From the NCBI RefSeq assembly GCF_006345805.1, contig NC_043002.1, forward strand, positions 5,766,001 to 5,830,000: 64,000 nt of DNA, given 5' to 3'. The position numbers and the translations under genes were made by a program. This DNA comes from Octopus sinensis. Lineage: Eukaryota. The notes under the pieces are model-generated. The model saw only the letters and a list, made by a program, of their open reading frames with translations. It had not been told where the DNA came from and ran no database searches. Shown in pieces: positions 36,162-49,941 of the stretch. How positions within the stretch are numbered: position 1 is the stretch's first letter; each line of letters opens with the position of its first letter.

Positions 36162-39100
36162 AGCACCCTACGAGCGTGATCATTGACAGAGCGGCTAACC
36201 GGCTTCCGTGCCAGTGGCACTTAAAGGGCACCATTCAAGCATGATCATTACCAGCGTTGCCAGAGCAGCCAACTGGCTTCCGTGCCAGTGGCACTTAAAG
36301 GGCACCATTCAAGCATGATCATTACCAGCGTTGCCAGAGCAGCCAACTGGCTTCCGTGCCAGTGGCACTTAAAGGGCACCATTCAAGCATAATCATTACC
36401 AGCGTTGCCAGAGCAGCCAACTGGCTTCCGTGCCAGTGGCACTTAAAGGGCACCATTCAAGCATGATCATTACCAGCGTTGCCAGAGCAGCCAACTGGCT
36501 TCCGTGCCAGTGGCACTTAAAGGGCACCATTCAAGCATGATCATTACCAGCGTTGCCAGAGCAGCCAACTGGCTTCCGTGCCAGTGGAACGTAATAGGGC
36601 ACCATTCAAGCATGATCATTACCAGCGTTGCCAGAGCAGCCAACTGGCTTCCGTGCCAGTGGCACTTAAAGGGCACCATTCAAGCATGATCATTACCAGC
36701 GTTGCCAGAGCAGCCAACTGGCTTCCGTGCCAGTGGCACTTAAAGGGCACCATTCAAGCATGATCATTACCAGCGTTGCCAGAGCAGCCAACTGGCTTCC
36801 GTGCCAGTGGTACTTAAAGGGCACCATTCAAGCATGATCATTACCAGCGTTGCCAGAGCAGCCAACTGGCTTCCGTGCCAGTGGAACGTAATAGGGCACC
36901 ATTCAAGCATGATCATACCAGCGTTGCCAGAGCAGCCAACTGGCTTCCGTGCCAGTGGCACTTAAAGGGCACCATTCAAGCATATCATTACCAGCGTTGC
37001 CAGAGCAGCCAACTGGCTTCCGTGCCAGTGGCACTTAAAGGGCACCATTCAAGCATGATCATTACCAGCGTTGCCAGAGCAGCCAACTGGTTTCCGTGCC
37101 AGTGGCACTTAAAGGGCACCATTCAAGCATGATCATTACATTACCAGCGTTGCCAGAGCAGCCAACTGGCTTCCGTGCCAGTGGAACGTAATAGGGCACC
37201 ATTCAAGCATGATCATTACCAGCGTTGCCAGAGCAGCCAACTGGCTTCTGTGCCAGTGGCACTTAAAGGGCACCATTCAAGCATGATCATTACCAGCGTT
37301 GCCAGAGCAGCCAACTGGCTTCCGTGCCAGTGGCACTTAAAGGGCACCATTCAAGCATGATCATTACCAGCGTTGCCAGAGCAGCCAACTGGCTTCCGTG
37401 CCAGTGGAACGTAATAGGGCACCATTCAAGCATGATCATTACCAGCGTTGCCAGAGCAGCCAACTGGCTTCCGTGCCAGTGGCACTTAAAGGGCACCATT
37501 CAAGCATGATCATTACCAGCGTTGCCAGAGCAGCCAACTGGCTTCCGTGCCAGTGGCACTTAAGGGCACCATTCAAGCATGATCATTACCAGCGTTGCCA
37601 GAGCAGCCAACTGGCTTCCGTGCCAGTGGCACTTAAAGGGCACCATTCAAGCATGATCATTACCAGCGTTGCCAGAGCAGCCAACTGGCTTCCGTGCCAG
37701 TGGCACTTAAAGGGCACCATTCAAGCATGATCATTACCAGCGTTGCCAGAGCAGCCACTGGCTTCCGTGCCAGTGGCATGTAATAGGGCACCATTCAAGC
37801 ATGATCATTACCAGCGTTGCCAGAGCAGCCAACTGGCTTCCGTGCCAGTGGCACTTAAAGGGCACCATTCAAGCATGATCATTACCAGCGTTGCCAGAGC
37901 AGCCAACTGGCTTCCGTGCCAGTGGCACTTAAAGGCACCATTCAAGCATGATCATTACCAGCGTTGCCAGAGCAGCCAACTGGCTTCCGTGCCAGTGGTA
38001 CTTAAAGGGCACCATTCAAGCATGATCATTACCAGCGTTGCCAGAGCAGCAGCCAACTGGCTGGCTTCCGTGCCAGTGGCACTTAAAGGGCACCATTCAA
38101 GCATGATCATTACCAGTTGCCAGAGCAGCCAACTGGCTTCCGTGCCAGTGGCACTTAAAGGGCACCATTCAAGCATGATCATTACCAGCGCGTTGCCAGA
38201 GCAGCCAACTGGCTTCCGTGCCAGTGGTACTTAAAGGGCACCATTCAAGCATGATCATTACCAGCGTTGCCAGAGCAGCCACTGGCTTCCGTGCCAGTGG
38301 CACTTAAAGGGCACCATTCAAGCATGATCATTACCAGCGTTGCCAGAGCAGCCAACTGGCTCCGTGCCAGTGGCACTTAAAGGGCACCATTCAAGCATGA
38401 TCATTACCAGCGTTGCCAGAGCAGCCAACTGGCTTCCGTGCCAGTGGCACTTAAAGGCACCATTCAAGCATGATCATTACCAGCGTTGCCAGAGCAGCCA
38501 ACTGGCTTCCGTGCCAGTGGCACTTAAAGGGCACCATTCAAGCATGATCATTACCAGCGTTGCCAGAGCAGCCAACTGGCTTCCGTGCCAGTGGCACTTA
38601 AAGGGCACCATTCAAGCATGATCATTACCAGCGTTGCCAGAGCAGCCAACTGGCTTCCGTGCCAGTGGCACTTAAAGGGCACCATTCAAGCATGATCATT
38701 ACCAGCGTTGCCAGAGCAGCCAACTGGCTTCCGTGCCAGTGGCACTTAAAGGGCACCATTCAAGCATGATCATTACCAGCGTTGCCAGAGCAGCCAACTG
38801 GCTTCCGTGCCAGTGGCACTTAAAGGGCACCATTCAAGCATGATCATTACCAGCGTTGCCAGAGCAGCCAACTGGCTTCCGTGCCAGTGGCACGTAATAG
38901 GGCACCATTCAAGCATGATCATTACCAGCGTTGCCAGAGCAGCCAACTGGCTTCCGTGCCAGTGGAACTTAAAGGGCACCATTCAAGCATGATCATTACC
39001 AGCGTTGCCAGAGCAGCCAACTGGCTTCCGTGCCAGTGGAACTTAAAGGGCACCATTCAAGCATGATCATTACCAGCGTTGCCAGAGCAGCCAACTGGCT

Positions 39101-42100
39101 TCCGTGCCAGTGGCACTTAAAGGGCACCATTCAAGCATGATCATTACCAGCGTTGCCAGAGCAGCCAACTGGCTTCCGTGCCAGTGGTACTTAAAGGGCA
39201 CCATTCAAGCATGATCATTACCAGCGTTGCCAGAGCAGCCAACTGGCTTCCGTGCCAGTGGCACTTAAAGGGCACCATTCAAGCATGATCATTACCAGCG
39301 TTGCCAGAGCAGCCAACTGGCTTCCGTGCCAGTGGCACTTAAAGGGCACCATTCAAGCATGATCATTACCAGCGTTGCCAGAGCAGCCAACTGGCTTCCG
39401 TGCCAGTGGCACTTAAAGGGCACCATTCAAGCATGATCATTACCAGCGTTGCCAGAGCAGCCAACTGGCTTCCGTGCCAGTGGTACTTAAAGGGCACCAT
39501 TCAAGCATGATCATTACCAGCGTTGCCAGAGCAGCCAACTGGCTTCCGTGCCAGTGGCACTTAAAGGGCACCATTCAAGCATGATCATTACCAGCGTTGC
39601 CAGAGCAGCCAACTGGCTTCCGTGCCAGTGTACTTAAAGGGCACCATTCAAGCATGATCATTACCAGCGTTGCCAGAGCAGCCAACTGGCTTCCGTGCCA
39701 GTGGCACTTAAAGGGCACCATTCAAGCATGATCATTACCAGCGTTGCCAGAGCAGCCAACTGGCTTCCGTGCCAGTGGCACTTAAAGGGCACCATTCAAG
39801 CATGATCATTACCAGCGTTGCCAGAGCAGCCAACTGGCTTCCGTGCCAGTGGCACTTAAAGGGCACCATTCAAGCATGATCATTACCAGCGTTGCCAGAG
39901 CAGCCAACTGGCTTCCGTGCCAGTGGCACTTAAAGGGCACCATTCAAGCATGATCATTACCAGCGTTGCCAGAGCAGCCAACTGGCTTCCGTGCCAGTGG
40001 CACTTAAAGGGCACCATTCAAGCATGATCATTACCAGCGTTGCCAGAGCAGCCAACTGGCTTCCGTGCCAGTGGCACTTAAAGGGCACCATTCAAGCATG
40101 ATCATTACCAGCGTTGCCAGAGCAGCCAACTGGCTTCCGTGCCAGTGGCACTTAAAGGGCACCATTCAAGCATGATCATTACCAGCGTTGCCAGAGCAGC
40201 CAACTGGCTTCCGTGCCAGTGGCACTTAAAGGGCACCATTCAAGCATGATCATTACCAGCGTTGCCAGAGCAGCCAACTGGCTTCCGTGCCAGTGGCACT
40301 TAAAGGGCACCATTCAAGCATGATCATTACCAGCGTTGCCAGAGCAGCCAACTGGCTTCCGTGCCAGTGGCACTTAAAGGGCACCATTCAAGCATGATCA
40401 TTACCAGCGTTGCCAGAGCAGCCAACTGGCTTCCGTGCCAGTGGCACTTAAAGGGCACCATTCAAGCATGATCATTACCAGCGTTGCCAGAGCAGCCAAC
40501 TGGCTTCCGTGCCAGTGGCACTTAAAGGGCACCATTCAAGCATGATCATTACCAGCGTTGCCAGAGCAGCCAACTGGCTTCCGTGCCAGTGGACTTAAAG
40601 GGCACCATTCAAGCATGATCATTACCAGCGTTGCCAGAGCAGCCAACTGGCTTCCGTGCCAGTGGCACTTAAAGGGCACCATTCAAGCATGATCATTACC
40701 AGCGTTGCCAGAGCAGCCAACTGGCTTCCGTGCCAGTGGCACTTAAAGGGCACCATTCAAGCATGATCATTACCAGCGTTGCCAGAGCAGCCAACTGGCT
40801 TCCGTGCCAGTGGAATAAAGGGCACCATTCAAGCATGATCATTACCAGCGTTGCCAGAGCAGCCAACTGGCTTCCGTGCCAGTGGCACTTAAAGGGCACC
40901 ATTCAAGCATGATCATTACCAGCGTTGCCAGAGCAGCCAACTGGCTTCCGTGCCAGTGGCACTTAAAGGGCACCATTCAAGCATGATCATTACCAGCGTT
41001 GCCAGAGCAGCCAACTGGCTTCCGTGCCAGTGGCACTTAAAGGGCACCATTCAAGCATGATCATTACCAGCGTTGCCAGAGCAGCCAACTGGCTTCCGTG
41101 CCAGTGGCACTTAAAGGGCACCATTCAAGCATGATCATTACCAGCGTTGCCAGAGCAGCCAACTGGCTTCCGTGCCAGTGGCACTTAAAGGGCACCATTC
41201 AAGCATGATCATTACCAGCGTTGCCAGAGCAGCCAACTGGCTTCCGTGCCAGTGGCACTTAAAGGGCACCATTCAAGCATGATCATTACCAGCGTTGCCA
41301 GAGCAGCCAACTGGCTTCCGTGCCAGTGGCACTTAAAGGGCACCATTCAAGCATGATCATTACCAGCGTTGCCAGAGCAGCCAACTGGCTTCCGTGCCAG
41401 TGGCACTTAAAGGGCACCATTCAAGCATGATCATTACCAGCGTTGCCAGAGCAGCCAACTGGCTTCCGTGCCAGTGGCACTTAAAGGGCACCATTCAAGC
41501 ATGATCATTACCAGCGTTGCCAGAGCAGCCAACTGGCTTCCGTGCCAGTGGACACTTAAAGGGCACCATTCAAGCATGATCATTACCAGCGTTGCCAGAG
41601 CAGCCAACTGGCTTCCGTGCCAGTGGCACTTAAAGGGCACCATTCAAGCATGATCATTACCAGCGTTGCCAGAGCAGCCAACTGGCTTCCGTGCCAGTGG
41701 CACTTAAAGGGCACCATTCAAGCATGATCATTACCAGCGTTGCCAGAGCAGCCAACTGGCTTCCGTGCCAGTGGCACTTAAAGGGCACCATTCAAGCATG
41801 ATCATTACCAGCGTTGCCAGAGCAGCCAACTGGCTTCCGTGCCAGTGCACTTAAAGGGCACCATTCAAGCATGATCATTACCAGCGTTGCCAGAGCAGCC
41901 AACTGGCTTCCGTGCCAGTGGCACTTAAAGGGCACCATTCAAGCATGATCATTACCAGCGTTGCCAGAGCAGCCAACTGGCTTCCGTGCCAGTGGCACTT
42001 AAAGGGCACCATTCAAGCATGATCATTACCAGCGTTGCCAGAGCAGCCAACTGGCTTCCGTGCCAGTGGCACTTAAAGGGCACCATTCAAGCATGATCAT

Positions 42101-45100
42101 TACCAGCGTTGCCAGAGCAGCCAACTGGCTTCCGTGCCAGTGGCACTTAAAGGGCACCATTCAAGCATGATCATTACCAGCGTTGCCAGAGCAGCCAACT
42201 GGCTTCCGTGCCAGTGACACTTAAAGGGCACCATTCAAGCATGATCATTACCAGCGTTGCCAGAGCAGCCAACTGGCTTCCGTGCCAGTGGCACTTAAAG
42301 GGCACCATTCAAGCATGATCATTACCAGCGTTGCCAGAGCAGCCAACTGGCTTCCGTGCCAGTGGCACTTAAAGGGCACCATTCAAGCATGATCATTACC
42401 AGCGTTGCCAGAGCAGCCAACTGGCTTCCGTGCCAGTGGCACTTAAAGGGCACCATTCAAGCATGATCATTACCAGCGTTGCCAGAGCAGCCAACTGGCT
42501 TCCGTGCCAGTGGCACTTAAAGGGCACCATTCAAGCATGATCATTACCAGCGTTGCCAGAGCAGCCAACTGGCTTCCGTGCCAGTGGCACTTAAAGGGCC
42601 ATTCAAGCATGATCATTACCAGCGTTGCCAGAGCAGCCAACTGGCTTCCGTGCCAGTGGCACTTAAAGGGCACCATTCAAGCATGATCATTACCAGCGTT
42701 GCCAGAGCAGCCAACTGGCTTCCGTGCCAGTGGGACTTAAGGGCACCATTCAAGCATGATCATTACCAGCGTTGCCAGAGCAGCCAACTGGCTTCCGTGC
42801 CAGTGGCACTTAAAGGGCACCATTCAAGCATGATCATTACCAGCGTTGCCAGAGCAGCCAACTGGCTTCCGTGCCAGTGGCACGTAATAGGGCACCATTC
42901 AAGCATGATCATTACCAGCGTTGCCAGAGCAGCCAACTGGCTTCCGTGCCAGTGGCACTTAAAGGGCACCATTCAAGCATGATCATTACCAGCGTTGCCA
43001 GAGCAGCCAACTGGCTTCCGTGCCAGTGGCACGTAATAGGGCACCATTCAAGCATGATCATTACCAGCGTTGCCAGAGCAGCCAACTGGCTTCCGTGCCA
43101 GTGGCACTTAAAGGGCACCATTCAAGCATGATCATTACCAGCGTTGCCAGAGCAGCCAACTGGCTTCCGTGCCAGTGGCACTTAAAGGGCACCATTCAAG
43201 CATGATCATTACCAGCGTTGCCAGAGCAGCCAACTGGCTTCCGTGCCAGTGGCACTTAAAGGGCACCATTCAAGCATGATCATTACCAGCGTTGCCAGAG
43301 CAGCACTGGCTTCCGTGCCAGTGGCACTTAAAGGGCACCATTCAAGCATGATCATTACCAGCGTTGCCAGAGCAGCCAACTGGCTTCCGTGCCAGTGGCA
43401 CTTAAAGGGCACCATTCAAGCATGATCATTACCAGCGTTGCCAGAGCAGCCAACTGGCTTCCGTGCCAGTGGCACTTAAAGGGCACCATTCAAGCATGAT
43501 CATTACCAGCGTTGCCAGAGCAGCCAACTGGCTTCCGTGCCAGTGGCACTTAAAGGGCACCATTCAAGCATGATCATTACCAGCGTTGCCAGAGCAGCCA
43601 ACTGGCTTCCGTGCCAGTGGCACTTAAAGGGCACCATTCAAGCATGATCATTACCAGCGTTGCCAGAGCAGCCAACTGGCTTCCGTGCCAGTGGCACTTA
43701 AAGGGCACCATTCAAGCATGATCATTACCAGCGTTGCCAGAGCAGCCAACTGGCTTCCGTGCCAGTGGCACTTAAAGGGCACCATTCAAGCATGATCATT
43801 ACCAGCGTTGCCAGAGCAGCCAACTGGCTTCCGTGCCAGTGGCACTTAAAGGGCACCATTCAAGCATGATCATTACCAGCGTTGCCAGAGCAGCCAACTG
43901 GCTTCCGTGCCAGTGGCACTTAAAGGGCACCATTCAAGCATGATCATTACCAGCGTTGCCAGAGCAGCCAACTGGCTTCCGTGCCAGTGGCACTTAAAGG
44001 GCACCATTCAAGCATGATCATTACCAGCGTTGCCAGAGCAGCCAACTGGCTTCCGTGCCAGTGGCACTTAAAGGGCCATTCAAGCATGATCATTACCAGC
44101 GTTGCCAGAGCAGCCAACTGGCTTCCGTGCCAGTGGCACTTAAAGGGCACCATTCAAGCATGATCATTACCAGCGTTGCCAGAGCAGCCAACTGGCTTCC
44201 GTGCCAGTGGCACTTAAAGGGCACCATTCAAGCATGATCATTACCAGCGTTGCCAGAGCAGCCAACTGGCTTCCGTGCCAGTGGACACTTAAAGGGCACC
44301 ATTCAAGCATGATCATTACCAGCGTTGCCAGAGCAGCCAACTGGCTTCCGTGCCAGTGGCACTTAAAGGGCACCATTCAAGCATGATCATTACCAGCGTT
44401 GCCAGAGCAAAGCTGGCCGTGCCAGTGGCACTAAAGGGCACCATTCAAGCATGATCACATACCGCGTGCCAGAGCAGCCAACTGGCTTCCGTGCCAGTGG
44501 CACGTAATAGGGCACCATTCAAGCATGATCATTACCAGCGTTGCCAGAGCAGCCAACTGGCTTCCGTGCCAGTGGCACTTAAAGGGCACCATTCAAGCAT
44601 GATCATTACCAGCGTTGCCAGAGCAGCCAACTGGCTTCCGTGCCAGTGGCACTTAAAGGGCACCATTCAAGCATGATCATTACCAGCGTTGCCAGAGCAG
44701 CCAACTGGCTTCCGTGCCAGTGGCACTTAAAGGGCACCATTCAAGCATGATCATTACCAGCGTTGCCAGAGCAGCCAACTGGCTTCCGTGCCAGTGGCAC
44801 TTAAAGGGCACCATTCAAGCATGATCATTACCAGCGTTGCCAGAGCAGCCAACTGGCTTCCGTGCCAGTGGCACGTAATAGGGCACCATTCAAGCATGAT
44901 CATTACCAGCGTTGCCAGAGCAGCCAACTGGCTTCCGTGCCAGTGGCACTTAAAGGGCACCATTCAAGCATGATCATTACCAGCGTTGCCAGAGCAGCCA
45001 ACTGGCTTCCGTGCCAGTGGCACTTAAAGGGCACCATTCAAGCATGATCATTACCAGCGTTGCCAGAGCAGCCAACTGGCTTCCGTGCCAGTGGCACTTA

Positions 45101-45397
45101 AAGGGCACCATTCAAGCATGAGCGTTACCAAAGTCGCCTTACTGGCACTTGTGCTGGTGGCACGTGTAAAAGGATTCGAGCGAGGTCGTTGCCAGTACTG
45201 CCTGTCTGGCCCCCGTGCCGGTGACACATAAAAAGCACACACTACACTCTCAGTGGTTGGCATTAGGAAGGGCATCCAGCTGTAGAAACTCTGCCAAATC
45301 AAGATTGGAGCCTGGTGCAGCCATCTGGTTTGCCAGACCTCAGTCAAAATCGTCCAACCCATGCTAGCATGGAAAGCAGACGTTAAATGATGATGAT
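36162..45397 (+). mobile_element. RTE-related dispersed repeat copy hosting the satellite
   Basis: Array runs directly into family subrepeats (45120-45235), the core ggcattaggaagggcatccagctgtag and a (GAT)n tail at 45388-45397. Confidence 0.85.
36203..45120 (+). repeat. 74-bp satellite, about 120 near-identical copies
   Basis: Unit TTACCAGCGTTGCCAGAGCAGCCAACTGGCTTCCGTGCCAGTGGCACTTAAAGGGCACCATTCAAGCATGATCA. Confidence 0.98.
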
Positions 45398-45594
45398 CTT
45401 ATTTAGATGATGGGGTGGTAAAAAACAATCCTGCAGAGGCTTAACAGCTATTCATGACACTCCTTTGATAAAATAAGTACCAACATTTTACGGAGGTGAT
45501 TTCATTGACTAAACTCCATTCCCCCTTCAAATTTGTGATGTTGTCCCAACATGAAATCTTAATTGTTTTATGTTTTCCTTTTCAGTGACTTACA

Positions 45595-45652
45595 ATGTCA
45601 CGCTATCAAGAACTTGATGGATTATTCCTGCTGAAGGATACTATTGGCTCTG
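45595..45652 (+). CDS. MELK: MELK coding exon 1 (MSRYQELDGLFLLKDTIGS-G)
   Basis: Acceptor ttttcAG at 45585, ATG 45595, donor GTAAGG; aligns to human [20 protein letters not shown]. Confidence 0.9.
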
Positions 45653-45844
45653 GTAAGGATCAATCATTATTTTTTCAAAACTGTTCCTTCATTTGTTTTA
45701 TGCCTGATTTTTCGTGCTTTCATGAATCGGACAAATACATTATTGTTTAAGCAGTATGTGTGTGTGTTTAAAAAGACAAAAAAGGAATGCATGGAATTTG
45801 ATTTCGTTGGTGAGCAATTGGTTTTCAAGCTGGATGTTTTTACC

Positions 45845-46052
45845 ACTCTATTATTATTATTATTATTATTATTATTTTATTATTAGAATTATTATTATAT
45901 TATTTTATTATTAGAATTATTATTATTATTATTTTATTATTAGAATTATTATTATTTTATTATTAGAATTATTATTATTATTATTTTATTATTAGAATTA
46001 TTATTATTATCATTATTATTATTATTATTATTATTATCATTATTATTATTCC
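45845..46052. repeat. (TTA)n microsatellite with ttttattattagaat subunits
   Basis: Direct read. Confidence 0.95.
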
Positions 46053-46159
46053 ACTGTATATTATCTGATAGATGGAAATTACAAGAAGCCCAGTGTGTGT
46101 GTGTGTATGTCATCATCATCATCATCATCATGCAGTGTTTTAAACACAGCTGTCTACAT

Positions 46160-46880
46160 TTTACAGTATGTATTGGATGCTTCTAATGTGACCCTGGTAT
46201 GAGTGATTTTTATGTAGGCCAGTCCTCTTCAGCTGGGGGAGTGGAATTAAACACTTCTGCTGTGGAGGACAGATCTTCTCGAGGACAGCAAGGTGCCAGA
46301 TATCTCTGTCCTTTGTCATTCCCTCCATAAGGTTCAGTGTCATCCTTCAGTCCCATGTCTTCCTAGGCCTCCCTCTTCCACATCTTCCATCCACTTTCAG
46401 TGATTGGTACTCCTGTGTGGAGCTGCTGACATCCATCAGCATCACATGGCCAAACCAGCACAGTCTTCTCTCTTGCACATTGCATCTAATTCCTCTTTTG
46501 CCTAACTTTTCTCTCAACATGTTAGCACTCTGTTGAACATGCATAATTACAATAATTACATTGCACATCGAATGAAGCATACTGGCCTCATCCCCATGTA
46601 GCCTTTGCATGTCCTCTGCATTCAGGGCTAATGTCTCACTACTGTGTAGCATTGCTCTTTGTATACATGCACCATACAATCTTCCCTTCTCTTGAAGAGA
46701 GACATCTTTGGTTGCCAACAGAGGTAAAAGCTCTCCGAATTTTCTCCATCCCATTCTTTTTTTTAGTTATTACAGTTTCCATACATCCCCCCCCACCACT
46801 AATTTGGTCCTCTATGTGACAGAAATTATCCACTACCTCTAATGAGCTTCTGGGGCATTTGAGAAAATCCATTTCCTGAG
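46160..46880 (-). mobile_element. RTE-clade LINE 3' region, decayed
   Basis: WRKF.ELLPLL...KGRLY.AC...LHSSET...RRLCWFGHV...GRGRPRKTW. Confidence 0.85.
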
Positions 46881-46964
46881 TATCTGTAATTTTTTAAGGC
46901 TCCTGTGTATCATCCACATATGAACACTACTTTCTCCGACAATCTTCCTATTATTCCACTATAC

Positions 46965-47198
46965 CCATTTCTTTACTACCCACAAGGGGCTAAGCACAGA
47001 GGGGGCAAACAAGGACAGACAAACGGATTAAGTCGATTATTTCGACCCCAGTGCGTAACTGGTACTTATTTAATCGACCCTGAAAGGATGAAAGACAAAG
47101 CCGACCTCGGCGGAATTTGAACTCAGAACGTAACGGCAGACGAAATACAGCTACACAATTCGCCTGGCGTGCTAACGTTTCTGCCAGCTTGCCGCCTT
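46965..47198 (-). mobile_element. SINE family B
   Basis: Consensus match. Confidence 0.9.
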
Positions 47199-47589
47199 TT
47201 GTTCCACTATACCTCTTGTGTCCATAGCTTGCACTGAGTACACCATATGGAATGCCTGCCTACACCTTTCTTAAAAATTGAGCAGGGCCATTTACCTGAA
47301 GGAGGTAGGGTCTTATTTGTTTTCTTGCTTACTAAGTCCATAGTCTTTACTAAGTTACCCTTCAGGCCCTTAAATTCCAGGTTTTGCTTCTACACCTGGA
47401 ATTTCTTTCCTAGTTCTGATATAGAATCTGCTATGAGGGCAAAATTATCAGCATACAGTAGTTTTCAGGGGCTGCCAACCTATAATGACTCTGTTATGGC
47501 CTGGAGGACAGTGATGAAAAGGAGGGGACTGAGGGCTGAGCCTTGATGAACACCTACCTGCACATGCACCCAGTGCTTCCAGAAGCCAG

Positions 47590-48115
47590 TTTTGCTGGGG
47601 TGTGCAGGTCTTCCGAAGAACTATACATTGCCAGTCATCCCAGTTCCTTGTCATCTCCGGAGGGTGGAAGATATTAAGCGACTAGAATCCTTCGATCACC
47701 TCTGTCTACGCCGCATCACTTTGCCTCCAACAATTCGGTGCGACACCAGTACAGAATCACCTCCCTCCGACAAGTCATCCTAACAAGACGTGTGCGTTGG
47801 CTGGGTCATGCCCTCCGTCGTCAGCCAGGAGAATTCATCTACGAAGCAATTGCCCCAGCTCCCCTTCAGGGTTGGCGAAAGCGATGTGGTGGACAACGAA
47901 AAGCCTGGCTGATGACAGTCAAAGCTGATCTGGAACCCAACCTAGGCCTCCCCACCCATATCTATGTTGTTCGCCGCTGGAATAAGGAGTGGTTGGAGAT
48001 CACACAGTCAGTAGCCTCAAATCGCCAGGTCTGGTCGGCGTTTGTGAGAGATGCAGCATTGAGGACGAATGAAGCCAGCTCAACCCACCCCGGGTGAATG
48101 CTGTCTCAAGTCAGT
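47590..48115 (+). mobile_element. RTE-clade LINE 3' fragment
   Basis: RLESFDHLCLRRI; RRVRWLGHALRR...GWRKRCGGQRKAW; same family as 5690-5915. Confidence 0.85.
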
Positions 48116-48627
48116 CATCTCCTGTGAGAATCTTAGGGTCTTCACTCCAGTTTTTTGCACTTCATCCCATGTCTTCCTGGATCTCTCTTGTCCACAGTCT
48201 TCGGCACCACATGTCCATACTAGCGCATTCTTTCCTGTACATTACGTCAGATTTCTCTTATGCCCAGTTTTTCTCTGAGCACACTTATACTACATCATTC
48301 ATGCATGCTTACATTGCATGTCTAATGTAACATTGCTTCATTTCTTCCCAGTTTTCATAAGTACTCAGCTTTCAAGGCCCATGTCTTACTACCCTGCAGC
48401 ATTGCAGTTGTATCACAGTCTCCCGTTTACTTTGTAGGAAAAGAATTTGTTGCCAACAGTGACAGTAGCTCCCCGAACTTTCTGAAACCCATTCTTACTT
48501 TGGTTATTATACTTTCAGAGCAACCACCTCCCTTACTGATTACCCCTCTTATGTAGCAAAAGCTATCAACTACATATCGTGAGCCATCCAAGCATTCCAA
48601 CGGAGTCTATTTCCAATGTATTCATAG

Positions 48628-49002
48628 GCACAGGAGTGGCTGTGTGGTAAGTAGCTTGCTCACCAACCACATAGTTCAGGGTTCAGTCCCACTGCGTAGC
48701 ACCTTGGGCAAGTGCTTTCTACTATAGCCTTCGGCTGACCAAAGCCTTGTGAGTGGATTTAGTAGACGGAAACTGAAAGAAGCCCATCGTATATATGTGC
48801 ATGTATATATATATATATGTGTTTGTGTGTCTGTGTTTGTCCCCCCAGCATCGCTTGACAACCAATGCTGGTGTGTTTACGTCCCCGTAACTTAGTGGTT
48901 CAGCAAAAGAGACCGATAGAATAAGTACTAGGGATTGATTTGCCTGACTAAAGGTGGTGCTCCAGCATGGCCACAGTCAAATGACTGAAACAAGTAAAAG
49001 AG
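48628..49002 (+). mobile_element. SINE family A
   Basis: Consensus match. Confidence 0.9.
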
Positions 49003-49554
49003 TATGTCCTACTCCAGTGCATCCATCACATATGAAGCTTATGTCCTCTGCTAGTCTACTTTGGATTCCACTCCATCTCTTCTGTGTTCACAGCTTACAC
49101 TGTGCTCCCCTCCCACTTCTTCTTGAAGGACCATAAACAGGATTTGAATAGGCAGTTATCCATGTAAATGCAATCCTTGTATCTACTGTTATCTGCCTTT
49201 TTTTAAACACACACACACATTTTTGGCTACATTTCTTTTGTGATCTACTTCTTGAAAATTTTGTGCTACTTTATCAGAAATAGATCTGACAACCCTGGAT
49301 CAGACCCTTTAATAGCTGTGCCAAAATTGGTATAAAGTTTTTCATTGTCCGGAGAATACAGGATTCAATATATTGGGTTATTTTCATTTTTTGGTGAGCA
49401 AGTGCTGTGTGCTGTTTTTCTTGGTTTGGGTGTCCATTCTTACTATTAAACCATCACCTCTGGGAACAAAATTGGTGCTTAAATAAACTGAGGCAAGCAT
49501 AATGATAATATACTTTATCTTTTATTACTTTTAATCATTGGACTGTGATCTTCT

Positions 49555-49780
49555 GAGCTCTTAGCATTTAAACCGGCCATATCCGGCCAAAAGTATTCTG
49601 CCTGTTTTATGTTCAAACTGGCCAGATCTGGTCTCTCACACCAACCTTACAATATCGTTTTAAAAATTAACAGCTACCTCATCAAAATCTCATAGCTACA
49701 AGATAATGCATGATTAATTCAAAACAATGTGGATAAAAAAGGATTAATTTTGGCAGAATAATGCGAACACTAAAGGGTTA
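49555..49780. mobile_element. piggyBac-type MITE (family of 10147)
   Basis: Ends AAAGGG|TTAA; body matches 10150-10370. Confidence 0.8.
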
Positions 49781-49941
49781 ATGCAGCATTTTGTCTGGTA
49801 CTTATTTTATTGATTTAAGGATGGGAAAAGGAAGTCAGCATAAAAAAGGGACATTTTCATTCACTTTATTTTTTTGGACATCCCCCCCTACTCTCTCTCT
49901 TTCTCTCTCTCACACACACATACACACACATATTAAACAAG

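Noticed and set aside
36203-45120. CRISPR array or repeat-protein gene (many 60-160 aa ORFs)
   Set aside because: Units are contiguous with no unique spacers and no cas genes. 74 is not a multiple of 3 and stops recur, so the ORFs are just translations of the satellite.
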